Source: an uncultured archaeon (GTDB lineage: Archaea; Asgardarchaeota; Thorarchaeia; Thorarchaeales; Thorarchaeaceae). From it: DNA of 64,000 nucleotides. The notes below the pieces were generated by a model. It saw nothing but the letters and a program-made list of their open reading frames with translations, was not told the origin of the DNA and did no database searches. The position numbers and the translations under genes are program-made. Positions 1-8,858 of this stretch are shown here, piece after piece. Each line of letters begins with the position of its first letter. Position 1 is the first letter of the stretch. The DNA is taken from contig CAZLEV010000002.1 in NCBI GenBank assembly GCA_964558645.1, positions 224,001 through 288,000 on the forward strand, in the 5' to 3' direction.

Positions 1-1
1 G

Positions 2-3000
2 TCTTGGATCGTCTATACTGGTCCGTTCGTTTTGACAGGTGACGGAACCTATACTGTCTACTACTACTCCATTGATATGGCAGGCAATGTTGAAGAAACG
101 AAGTCAATCGGGGTGGGAATCGACACTGAGGCTCCAGAAACATCAGCTGGGATTGAGGGAGTCAAAGGGAACCAGCAATACTATCTCTCTGAAGTAACCG
201 TGACGATAACGGCCTCAGACGCGACATCAGGAGTTGACAGTATCTGGTATTCGTTCGATCAAGAGACATGGAGTCTCTATGATGCGCCATTCACCGTGAC
301 TATGGAGGGGGAGACTGTGTTCTATTACTGGGCCATTGACAACGCAGGAAATGAGGAACCGATCAAATCGACCACCATAGTCATTGACACATTACCGCCA
401 GTCACAACCGTACAGCTTGAGGGCGAGAGTACAGAGAGCGGGTGGTTTACATCAGAGGTCCTAGTGACACTATCCGCAACCGACACCGAATCGGGGGTGG
501 AGCAAACTGCATACAGTTTCGATGGCGAGGCCTGGTTGGTATATGATTCACCCTTCACATTTTCCCTGCCCGGAGTTACAACTGTCTACTACAAATCCAT
601 AGATGTTGCTGGGAATACAGAGGTCACAAAGACTGTGGAGATACGGATAGATGGAACACCGCCGGAAACCTCCATAATACTGACTGGCGCCAAGGGATTG
701 AATGAGTGGTATATCTCGGAAGTAGAGATCTCCCTCATCGCAACAGATGCAGAGGGATCACAGGTTGTAACCGCCTACAGTTTCGATGGAGAGAGCTGGA
801 TCATCTATACCGAGCCTTTCGTGATTTCAACTGAGGGACTCCATATCATCCATTACAACTCTACCGATGAGGCAGGGAACGTCGAAGACACTGATACGGA
901 GACCGTCCGAATAGACTTGACACGGCCGGAAGGAAGCATACATCTTATGGGCCAAGAGGGGACGAGCGACTGGTATCTCTCGGACGTGGAAGTCACAATC
1001 ATAGCCACAGATTCACCATCAGGCATCCTTCATGTACGGTACAGTCTGAACAATGGACCGTGGATGGACTACAACGGACCCTTCACCATAACAACAGAGG
1101 GTTCCAATTGTGTGGAATGGGAGTTGGTTGACCGTGCCGGTTGGATGTTGAATGGCTCGTTCAGCGCGAGTATAGACAAGACTCCGCCAACTACATCTCT
1201 GAGCTACGAGCAGATAAGCGGCATGGGCTCGATTGTGAATCTGACCGCAATCGACTCTGTTTCAGGGCTGGCCGCCATCAGCTATAGTACAGATGGAGTC
1301 ACTTGGTCAACATACTCGGAGCCCTTCCTTCTCAGCGAAGGGGGAATCGTGCCGGTCTACTTCAATGCGACAGATGTGGCTGGTAATGTAGAAGAGCCAA
1401 AGATGGGGCTTGTTGAGGTTGATGTCCTTCCACCGGAAACAAGCATCAGCCTTGATGGCGATCTCGGTCTGGACGGTTGGTACGTTTCTGACGTCATTGT
1501 GAGCCTATCTGCAGTTGATGATCTCATGGGTGTTGACCGGATTGCATATAGCTTCGATGGTCTGGTCTGGATCGAATACTCGAGTCCCTTTGTTATCACA
1601 GATGATGGCCTCACGGTCATCTACTTCAATGCAACTGATCTTGTGGGAAACATGGAGGACACCAAGACAGAGAAGGTTCGCATTGACAAGACTGCACCAA
1701 CAACGACGCTCACAGTCTCACCAGAACCCTACGGTACGGATCCCATTTTCGTTACCACTCTCTCTGAGTTCGAGCTTGAAGCATTTGATAGTCTGCCGGG
1801 TTCAGGAGTGGAACGGACGGAGTATCGGATAGCTGAGGGTAGCTGGATTATCTACGACAGGCCATTCGTTATGGACTCGATCGGGCAGTACGAACTTCAT
1901 TACCGTAGTATCGATGTGGCGGGGAATGAGGAACGTGTTCAGTCAATCACTATCATCGTCAACGGAACGTCAATCCACTATGTAGGGGAAACATCTGGGG
2001 TCTATTCAGATCCAGCACACTTGACGGCAACCCTTGTTGACCTCGCTTCGCAGTCTCCGATAGCGGGAGCCACTGTCTTCTTTTCGATAGGGAACCAAGT
2101 CGTCTCGGCCATCACTGATAGCGACGGCAGTGCAAGCGCAGTCCTCATACTTGAGCAACCAGCAGGGGTGTACACAGCCACGGCGCTGTTTGATGAGGGA
2201 GATGTCTATCTTGCTTCTTCAGACCAAACTGACTTCGTCATACATCGCGAGAGCGCTGAAGTATACTACACAGGCTCGACTGTAGTACCCTCAACAGCGG
2301 AATCGATCTGGCTGAGAGCAACCGTATTTGATGATGACGACGGCTACTGGGGAGATCTGACAGCTGTATACGTGACATTCTGTATCTATCTCACGACAAA
2401 CGATGAACTCTCCTTGTTACAGAGTGTCGGGCCATATGCAGTTGAAATGACCAGCATTGAGGGAGTAGGGACAGCGGTGGGAGAGATACCAAACCTTACA
2501 GAAGGCGAATATCTCGTTGTTGTCATCCTCGAAAAGGAGTATAACAGCTACTACGAAGCCCCCGACTCCGAGGGAGTCAGGGTTACTGTGTTCGAGCCGA
2601 CCCGCGATTTTGTCACAGGGGGAGGGTGGATCTGGGACGAGAATGAACAACGAAGCCACTTTGCGTTCGTCATCCGATATGATAAGACAGGCGTGGCAAA
2701 GGGGCAGGTTGTTTATACCTATATAGAAGGTGATTGGTTACATATCGTCAAGAGCAGAGCGATATTGGGCCTTGCGATTGAGGAGGAGCATGCATTCTTC
2801 GAGGCAACGTGTTTTATCGTCAAATTGAACCTGCGAACCGGCTGCTTGATCTGGACCAATGAGGAGTACAGGCTCAGAATTGATGTCTGGGATAAAGGCA
2901 AACGTGGGAGAAACGATATCTTCCAGATTCGTATCCTTGATCCCAATGGCATAGTCTATCATGAAAACGGGTTCGATCCCAGTGGAAACCTTGGTGGAGG

Positions 3001-3067
3001 AAACATCACAATCCATTACAGCGGGAAGAACCAGATGCATTGCTGCAAAAGAAAGAAACGCAGATGA
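2..3067 (+). CDS. Large surface/secreted protein with tandem Ig-like (OmpL47-type) repeats and a C-terminal VTGGGWI-type domain; 5'-partial
   Basis: Frame is open from base 2 (SWIVYTGPFVLTG continues the repeat). At least 7 full ~88-aa repeats D..PPET...G..GWY.S.V.V...A.D..SGV....YS.DG..W..Y..PF.....G...VYY...D.AGN.E. Confidence 0.85.
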   Translation, partial: SWIVYTGPFVLTGDGTYTVYYYSIDMAGNVEETKSIGVGIDTEAPETSAGIEGVKGNQQYYLSEVTVTITASDATSGVDSIWYSFDQETWSLYDAPFTVTMEGETVFYYWAIDNAGNEEPIKSTTIVIDTLPPVTTVQLEGESTESGWFTSEVLVTLSATDTESGVEQTAYSFDGEAWLVYDSPFTFSLPGVTTVYYKSIDVAGNTEVTKTVEIRIDGTPPETSIILTGAKGLNEWYISEVEISLIATDAEGSQVVTAYSFDGESWIIYTEPFVISTEGLHIIHYNSTDEAGNVEDTDTETVRIDLTRPEGSIHLMGQEGTSDWYLSDVEVTIIATDSPSGILHVRYSLNNGPWMDYNGPFTITTEGSNCVEWELVDRAGWMLNGSFSASIDKTPPTTSLSYEQISGMGSIVNLTAIDSVSGLAAISYSTDGVTWSTYSEPFLLSEGGIVPVYFNATDVAGNVEEPKMGLVEVDVLPPETSISLDGDLGLDGWYVSDVIVSLSAVDDLMGVDRIAYSFDGLVWIEYSSPFVITDDGLTVIYFNATDLVGNMEDTKTEKVRIDKTAPTTTLTVSPEPYGTDPIFVTTLSEFELEAFDSLPGSGVERTEYRIAEGSWIIYDRPFVMDSIGQYELHYRSIDVAGNEERVQSITIIVNGTSIHYVGETSGVYSDPAHLTATLVDLASQSPIAGATVFFSIGNQVVSAITDSDGSASAVLILEQPAGVYTATALFDEGDVYLASSDQTDFVIHRESAEVYYTGSTVVPSTAESIWLRATVFDDDDGYWGDLTAVYVTFCIYLTTNDELSLLQSVGPYAVEMTSIEGVGTAVGEIPNLTEGEYLVVVILEKEYNSYYEAPDSEGVRVTVFEPTRDFVTGGGWIWDENEQRSHFAFVIRYDKTGVAKGQVVYTYIEGDWLHIVKSRAILGLAIEEEHAFFEATCFIVKLNLRTGCLIWTNEEYRLRIDVWDKGKRGRNDIFQIRILDPNGIVYHENGFDPSGNLGGGNITIHYSGKNQMHCCKRKKRR

Positions 3068-3141
3068 TGCAGATTCGTCATGTCGGAGGCGAGTGTTCCT
3101 TCTGAGGAGTCAGAAAAGACCCAGCTCAGATGAGATATTGT

Positions 3142-3561
3142 CTATTCACCAATGACCTTAATCAAGACCCGCTTTGGTCTCCGTCCATCAAACTCTCCGT
3201 AGAAGATTGCCTCCCAAGGTCCGAGATCGAGCCGGCCATTGGTTATAGCAACAACCACTTCACGACCCATGACCTGCCGTTTGAGATGGGCATCACCATT
3301 ATCCTCTCCTGTACGGTTGTGTCGATACTGGCTGATGGGCTCATGGGGAGCGATTTCCTCAAGCCAGCGCTTATAGTCCTCATGTAGACCACTCTCGTTA
3401 TCGTTGATGAAGACACTGGACGTTATGTGCATCGAATTCACAAGACAGAGTCCTTCTTGAACCTCACTCTCGGCAACAGCCTTCTGGACCTTCGGAGTTA
3501 TGTGGACAAGATCCATGCGCTTTGGAACATTGAATGTTAGGTACTTTGTATGGCTTTTCAT
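3142..3561 (-). CDS. yjbQ: YjbQ/UPF0047 family protein (secondary thiamine-phosphate synthase-like)
   Basis: Motifs [46 protein letters not shown]. Confidence 0.92.
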   Translation of the reverse strand: MKSHTKYLTFNVPKRMDLVHITPKVQKAVAESEVQEGLCLVNSMHITSSVFINDNESGLHEDYKRWLEEIAPHEPISQYRHNRTGEDNGDAHLKRQVMGREVVVAITNGRLDLGPWEAIFYGEFDGRRPKRVLIKVIGE

Positions 3562-3719
3562 TGCACCTGCCCACTTGACCTTGTTCGTAAAAGACTTGTC
3601 AATTGCCTCAATCGATTGCGCAATACAGACCTGTCTCTATGTTGTCCACAATATCCCTATAAAGATTCAAAACGATAAGCAATACAGCGCTGCCTTCCAC
3701 AGAGAAGGAATGAAAGGTG

Positions 3720-4826
3720 ATGAGGAGAAGTCCCCGCAGGCAATTCAAAGTCTGCCTGATAGGCGACGGTTATGTGGGCAAGACGTCAATCAGGCAGGAG
3801 TATCTGGGGAAGGGGTTTAAGGCAAGCTACATCCCCACCCTCGGAGTCGATTTCGCTCAGAAGTCGTTGATGTACGATGACAAAGAAACGCAACTTGTGA
3901 TATGGGATATCGCAGGGCAGCCCCTCTTCAAGAGCCTCCGCCAGAAGTACTATCAGGGCTGCAGCGGCATAATCCTCGTTTATTCTGTTGTGGACAGGAG
4001 CTCCTTTGACAACGCCTCAAAGTGGCTTGTTGAGGCCTACGGCTTCATGGGAGAGCTCCCACCCATAATAGTAGCGGCAAACAAGATAGATCTGCGATCA
4101 AACCGGCCAGAAGACGAGATAGTCACTTATGAAGAGGGGAAAGTCTTCGCGGAGAAGTTCAGTCAGAAACTGAATGCACCGGCCATTTTCATAGAAACGT
4201 CTGCACTGACAGGGGAGAACATCGAAGAGGCGTTTCAAGAACTGACAGAAATGATGGTTGAGAGAGTCGAGAGGCGCCTCCAAGGACTCAGAGAAGAATC
4301 GGCATCGACGATGCCAGAACAGGCCGCAGATACTCAAACCAGAGCAGTTGAATCGACAGAGACCTCTGCGTCAGGAGATTCAATGGGTTCGACCACTGCA
4401 AATACCGCACCCTCTGAGGCGGATTTTGACCCCGTGACCTCACTCATGAGCGACTCACCTCATCTACAGGAAGAGCAGATTGGAGAACATATGAGCAGAC
4501 TGCTCCAGTTGCGTAGTGAACTGAAGAGTGCAGAGGAAGAAATGGCACACCTCACCTCTCAGTATGAAACTAGGCTCTTGGAACTCAGAAACACCGTCCA
4601 TGTCAAGAAGCTGATGTATGAGCACCTCCAGACACAGATCAAGGAAACACGACAGGAGTGGTCTGATGCCTATGAGGAGTATGTGAAAATAGAGGAACAC
4701 AAGAACAGAGAGATAACACGACGGGGTAAGCAGATCGAGAGCATCCGAAAAGAAATAGAGCGTATAGGAAGGACAATAAGAACGAGGGTCGGCGACCTCG
4801 ATCTGAGAAAGGTTACTGGGTCATAG
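3720..4826 (+). CDS. Rab-like small GTPase with low-complexity linker and C-terminal coiled coil
   Basis: G1 GDGYVGKTS, G2 YIPTLGVDF, G3 WDIAGQ, KYYQG, G4 NKIDL, G5 ETSALT; heptad-rich C-terminal ~120 aa. Confidence 0.93.
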   Translation: MRRSPRRQFKVCLIGDGYVGKTSIRQEYLGKGFKASYIPTLGVDFAQKSLMYDDKETQLVIWDIAGQPLFKSLRQKYYQGCSGIILVYSVVDRSSFDNASKWLVEAYGFMGELPPIIVAANKIDLRSNRPEDEIVTYEEGKVFAEKFSQKLNAPAIFIETSALTGENIEEAFQELTEMMVERVERRLQGLREESASTMPEQAADTQTRAVESTETSASGDSMGSTTANTAPSEADFDPVTSLMSDSPHLQEEQIGEHMSRLLQLRSELKSAEEEMAHLTSQYETRLLELRNTVHVKKLMYEHLQTQIKETRQEWSDAYEEYVKIEEHKNREITRRGKQIESIRKEIERIGRTIRTRVGDLDLRKVTGS

Positions 4827-5056
4827 GACAGTTCACCGTTTCACTACGAACCATGCAATCACACTGATAGAAGAGTGTGGTACTTCCGTGGAATAGCATA
4901 CGAGCTTCTCTTTGAAACCTATATGGTGCTAGGGCAGACCCATTCTCGGTTCAACGCATGGATCTATAGGAGATTCTATCATTCGTCTTAAAGGGGGGTC
5001 TCATTGATAACCAGGTTACTTGTGGCTGTCGATAACCTCTCACCGTGCATCAGAAT

Positions 5057-5812
5057 TCAAGTCCTGGCAACCAAGTAACGCAGCCACATATGCCCACTAA
5101 GATCCGTATGCGCCGATATAAGATTGAGCCGCGTTGGTAGCTCTCCTTCTTGGAGATCTGGCGAGTCGAACAGGCTCGGCGTATCAGTCCCTCCCACAAG
5201 ACCCGGGACGATTTCGATGTTGACTTCATCAACCAGTCCAGCGCGAAGAAGTGCTCCATTGAGTTTCCCGCCTGGAGTCGCCAGTATGCATTCAACACCC
5301 AATAGCGAATGAAGCTTGTTGAACGTGGCATGCAGGTCAACATGACCATCCCCAGCAAGGAGGTAAGGGATTCCCTCTCGCTGGAGATAACCGAGGTACT
5401 CTCTGGGCGTATGATTACCAACCAGAATCAGGATATGCCATCCGGGCAGGTCATCGAAGGTCTTCGCCCATCCTCTCATTCTACCTCGGCCATCAACCGC
5501 CACACACCAGCCCCTCCGCTCTGGAGAATCAATGACTGAAGAGGGAAGAAAGTCCTGGTACAGGTCAGAATCTCCGATATCAGTCGAGGGCAGGGGTTCC
5601 GGTCTCCGATTCTCCGGAACAAAAGAACCACTTCCCTCCATTATTACGGTCGGCCTGTGGAGAGATATCAAATACTCTCTAACATTGATCTCGGGAGTTG
5701 ATGTGATGGTTTCGAATCTATCGTCGCCATCGAACATAGTCTTATTCGGTGCTATTGCTACTCGTCCGTCTGCAGATGCAACCGTGTACGTTACTACTCG
5801 GGGTCGATCCAT
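5057..5812 (-). CDS. RibD C-terminal/dihydrofolate reductase-like protein
   Basis: N-terminal RPRVV...ASADGRVA; AVDGRGR; GGKLNGALLRAGLVDEVNIEIVPGLVGG. Confidence 0.85.
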   Translation of the reverse strand: MDRPRVVTYTVASADGRVAIAPNKTMFDGDDRFETITSTPEINVREYLISLHRPTVIMEGSGSFVPENRRPEPLPSTDIGDSDLYQDFLPSSVIDSPERRGWCVAVDGRGRMRGWAKTFDDLPGWHILILVGNHTPREYLGYLQREGIPYLLAGDGHVDLHATFNKLHSLLGVECILATPGGKLNGALLRAGLVDEVNIEIVPGLVGGTDTPSLFDSPDLQEGELPTRLNLISAHTDLSGHMWLRYLVART

Positions 5813-5999
5813 TCAAAACTAGCTCCATGTGCTTTCTATGGGGCATTTCGAGGAGAAATATAATTCTGTTTCTCAGACACGACGAGCTTGACCACAACTG
5901 GGTGACGATTGGCGAATTACACAGCACTATCTCGTAAGAGATTGCGTATGAGGGTCGAAAAAGGTGGTCAAAAACCACACTGAGCAGTCTACGGGGCAT

Positions 6000-6182
6000 A
6001 CCAACAGCTACCGAAAACGTGGACAGAGTTGGGCATGTCAGCGCAGGAGTTTATGTGCTCCAGCCCATGAGAGCTGGTCATTTTCACAGTATCGCCGACC
6101 ACGACAGAAACCACCCACTGCCGTGACCTGAGGGGACAACTCTCTAGTACCAAGTTTGCTCAACATACAATGAACGGTTCTG
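6000..6182 (-). repeat. Dispersed non-coding repeat family 1, copy A
   Basis: Reverse complement aligns over ~180 bp with 26330-26512 and partly with 48221-48292; shared terminal motif CAAYNTACAATGAACG. Confidence 0.9.
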
Positions 6183-6229
6183 AAGGGAAAGAGTATTGAG
6201 ATAGCTCCCCTGATTCTCGGTGATGAACC

Positions 6230-6547
6230 ATGTCCGAACAGGAACCAGAATCAACGAAAGTCATTGCCGAACTTGTCATTGCGCCCTTTGGTGTAGGAAC
6301 AAGTCTGAGCAAGTATGTTCGAGAGTCTGTCAGAGTCATCGATGAATTTCCTGGCATAAGAGTCCAACACACTCCCATGAGCTCAATCATCGAAGCAGAC
6401 GATGTTGACAAGGTTCTAGCCGTGACCAAGGCGGCTCACGAGAGGATGTTCGAGGCGGGAGCCGAGAGAGTTTCCACCTTGCTTCGTATTGACGACAGAA
6501 GAGACAAGCCTCGTAGAATGGAGGATAAGGTGGAGTCTATATCGTAA
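6230..6547 (+). CDS. MTH1187/YkoF-like thiamine-binding protein
   Basis: IAP.G.GTSLSKYV, TPMSSIIE, RVSTLLRIDDRRDK...MEDKVES. Confidence 0.9.
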   Translation: MSEQEPESTKVIAELVIAPFGVGTSLSKYVRESVRVIDEFPGIRVQHTPMSSIIEADDVDKVLAVTKAAHERMFEAGAERVSTLLRIDDRRDKPRRMEDKVESIS

Positions 6548-6687
6548 GGCATGTAGGCTGCGAATGTATACACCTTACATCTAGACATGGGTTGCTCTTG
6601 AAGAGGTAACCGGGAGTAGTTTCTCCACAGGAGCGAGAGACAGCGCTAACCGAGTAGCCTATATCTTTGTGCATGGAAGTAGATACC

Positions 6688-7044
6688 ATGGTAGACAAAG
6701 AGGAAATCAAGACTGAGGATGACATCAGACGCGCCTTGAAAGGTTGGAGCGAGTTTGAGAAGGATGTTCTCGTTATCACCTCACGGATACCCAAGGGAAA
6801 GGTGAGTACCTACGGTCGAATCGCAAAGATGATTGGTCGACCTAGAGCCTATCGTGCTGTTGCCAACACGCTACACAAGAACCCACTACATCCTGAACCT
6901 GTTCCCTGCCACAGAGTTGTCAAGGCCGACGGCGGCTTTGGCGGAGAAAGACAAGCAGCTGCGAAAAGGAGAAAGCGGGTTGAGGAAGAGGGAGTTCCCG
7001 TCGAGAATGACCGGGTCAAGATAAGTGAGGACATCCTATTCTAG
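6688..7044 (+). CDS. ogt: Methylated-DNA-protein-cysteine methyltransferase (MGMT/Ogt DNA-binding domain only)
   Basis: IPKGKVSTYGRIA, RAVANTL..NP, active-site PCHRVV. Start chosen at ATG 6688. Confidence 0.88.
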   Translation: MVDKEEIKTEDDIRRALKGWSEFEKDVLVITSRIPKGKVSTYGRIAKMIGRPRAYRAVANTLHKNPLHPEPVPCHRVVKADGGFGGERQAAAKRRKRVEEEGVPVENDRVKISEDILF

Positions 7045-7058
7045 AGACTAGTTGAGTA

Positions 7059-8858
7059 TCAATGCTGGAAATAGGGGCTATCTATATCACTCTGGTCTTC
7101 GAATCCAACATCATCCAGCATGGAACCCATGGGTTGCGCACCACATGTCCACGATAAGCTGACAGTTCCATCTTCCTTGAAATCAAGTACTACATCCGGA
7201 AGGTCACCGAAGAGATTATGGTCGGCCTCCAGTACATCCTGATAGGCACCAGTCAAGCCAATCAGAAAATAGCCAACCTCGGCAGGGTCGGCCACAGGTA
7301 TGCCGGTGATCACTCTGTTCCTCGAACTCGTTATGAATCGATTGTCCTTGCTTAGTATCGGCTCATCAGGAGTGTGCCTAACGACAAAGGGAGAGATCTC
7401 CCCGTCACTGTCACAGGTCATGTCCACGAGCCGGACCGTTGCTGCAGGGTGTTTGTTGTGTCCAGAGAGAGGAATGACAGGAAAGTGCTGCTGAACAAAG
7501 ACATGGTCGAGACAGCTGTTGAAGACACTGAAATTACCTATCGAAATATAGTCCGGCTGCATGATCCAAGCGTAGAGATTCGCAGGCACGTGAATCCCTT
7601 TTTGCACAATACGTTTTCTAAGGATTGTCTTCAACAGAGTGACGAGTGTCTCGCGTTCAAGTAACTCGTCTAAGTCTCCCGTGGGCGTATCTGGTTCAAT
7701 GATCTCCCGCCAGATTGCATAGATAGCATCTTCACTCTGTGCTGCCTCAATCTTCTCTCTCCAACGAGCCAAGAGGGGATCTGACAAGTCAATCTCGGGC
7801 AGAAGACGGCGGGTCTCAATCACTTCCACAAGTATCATCGAACTCTGTGCAGTGATGGCTCTCCCCGCCTCTGTCATGATGTCCGGGTGATCTTCTGCAC
7901 CCTTCCGCTCACAGACATCCTGGATGGCTCTTAGAACCGTATTGAAATATACTGAAATGGGGTCCTTCGTAAAGAGACTCTCGTAATCAACCGGGATACC
8001 ACCACCCAAGTCTATGGTATCGAGCGCCCTGTAGCCCCTCTCCTTGAGAGAGAAGAATACTTCGGCCATATATTTTCCAAAATCGTGCATGTTTGTCTCA
8101 AGGTTGGTCAGCTGCGAGCCAATGTGAGCGTGGATTGTCCGAACATCGTCAAGGAGGCTGTTCTCTCTGAGGATATCTGTCACTTCGAATAAATCCTGAA
8201 CTGAGAGTCCGAACTTTGAATACCTACCGCCTGAGTGATGCCAGTGGCCGCTGGACTTGACGTATGGTTTGACTCTAAGGGCCAAATCGATATCACCGGG
8301 TTCGAAGAAATCAACCGCCAGATGCACTTCAGGAATGCTTTCGAGACAGACAAGTACATTGTGTCCAGCTTCAGATGCCTTCTTGGAGATGGTGAAGTAG
8401 TCTCTGTCTTTAACCCCGTTGCAGAAAATCAACCGATTCTTGTCTTCGCCGATAGCCCTCACGACCAAGAGCATTTCAGTCTTCGAGCCTGCTTCCAAGC
8501 CGTATCTGATGTCTGAGTTCAAGATGGTCCTGATGCAATCTACCTGCTGGTTAACCTTCACTGGGTAGAGAGGTTTGTACTCACCCTTGTACCCCTCTCT
8601 CAATCTATAGGACTCGAAGGCGTTGTTTAGTCTTCGAATCTTCATTGTTATGAATTGAGGAACACGGAGGGTGAAGGTAGAGGTATACCCCACTTCGGAG
8701 GAGTACTTACGGCGGACACGTTCTATCAAGTCTTGAAAAGGGAAGAGCCGGTCATCGAACTTGAGGCAGAGATTCCCGTCGGAATTGATGTCGAGGAAAT
8801 CCAAGTCACCACGGCCAACACCATGTATGAACTTGGCGTCCTCAACAGACCACATCAT
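7059..8858 (-). CDS. speA: Biosynthetic PLP-dependent arginine decarboxylase (bacterial SpeA type)
   Basis: WSVEDA N-terminus, PLP-lysine motif YPVKVNQ, GLEAGSK, CNGVKD, SKFGL, HAHIGSQ, DLGGG, EAGRA, NFSVF, DMTCDSDG, GAYQ...HNLFG. Confidence 0.9.
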   Translation of the reverse strand: MMWSVEDAKFIHGVGRGDLDFLDINSDGNLCLKFDDRLFPFQDLIERVRRKYSSEVGYTSTFTLRVPQFITMKIRRLNNAFESYRLREGYKGEYKPLYPVKVNQQVDCIRTILNSDIRYGLEAGSKTEMLLVVRAIGEDKNRLIFCNGVKDRDYFTISKKASEAGHNVLVCLESIPEVHLAVDFFEPGDIDLALRVKPYVKSSGHWHHSGGRYSKFGLSVQDLFEVTDILRENSLLDDVRTIHAHIGSQLTNLETNMHDFGKYMAEVFFSLKERGYRALDTIDLGGGIPVDYESLFTKDPISVYFNTVLRAIQDVCERKGAEDHPDIMTEAGRAITAQSSMILVEVIETRRLLPEIDLSDPLLARWREKIEAAQSEDAIYAIWREIIEPDTPTGDLDELLERETLVTLLKTILRKRIVQKGIHVPANLYAWIMQPDYISIGNFSVFNSCLDHVFVQQHFPVIPLSGHNKHPAATVRLVDMTCDSDGEISPFVVRHTPDEPILSKDNRFITSSRNRVITGIPVADPAEVGYFLIGLTGAYQDVLEADHNLFGDLPDVVLDFKEDGTVSLSWTCGAQPMGSMLDDVGFEDQSDIDSPYFQH

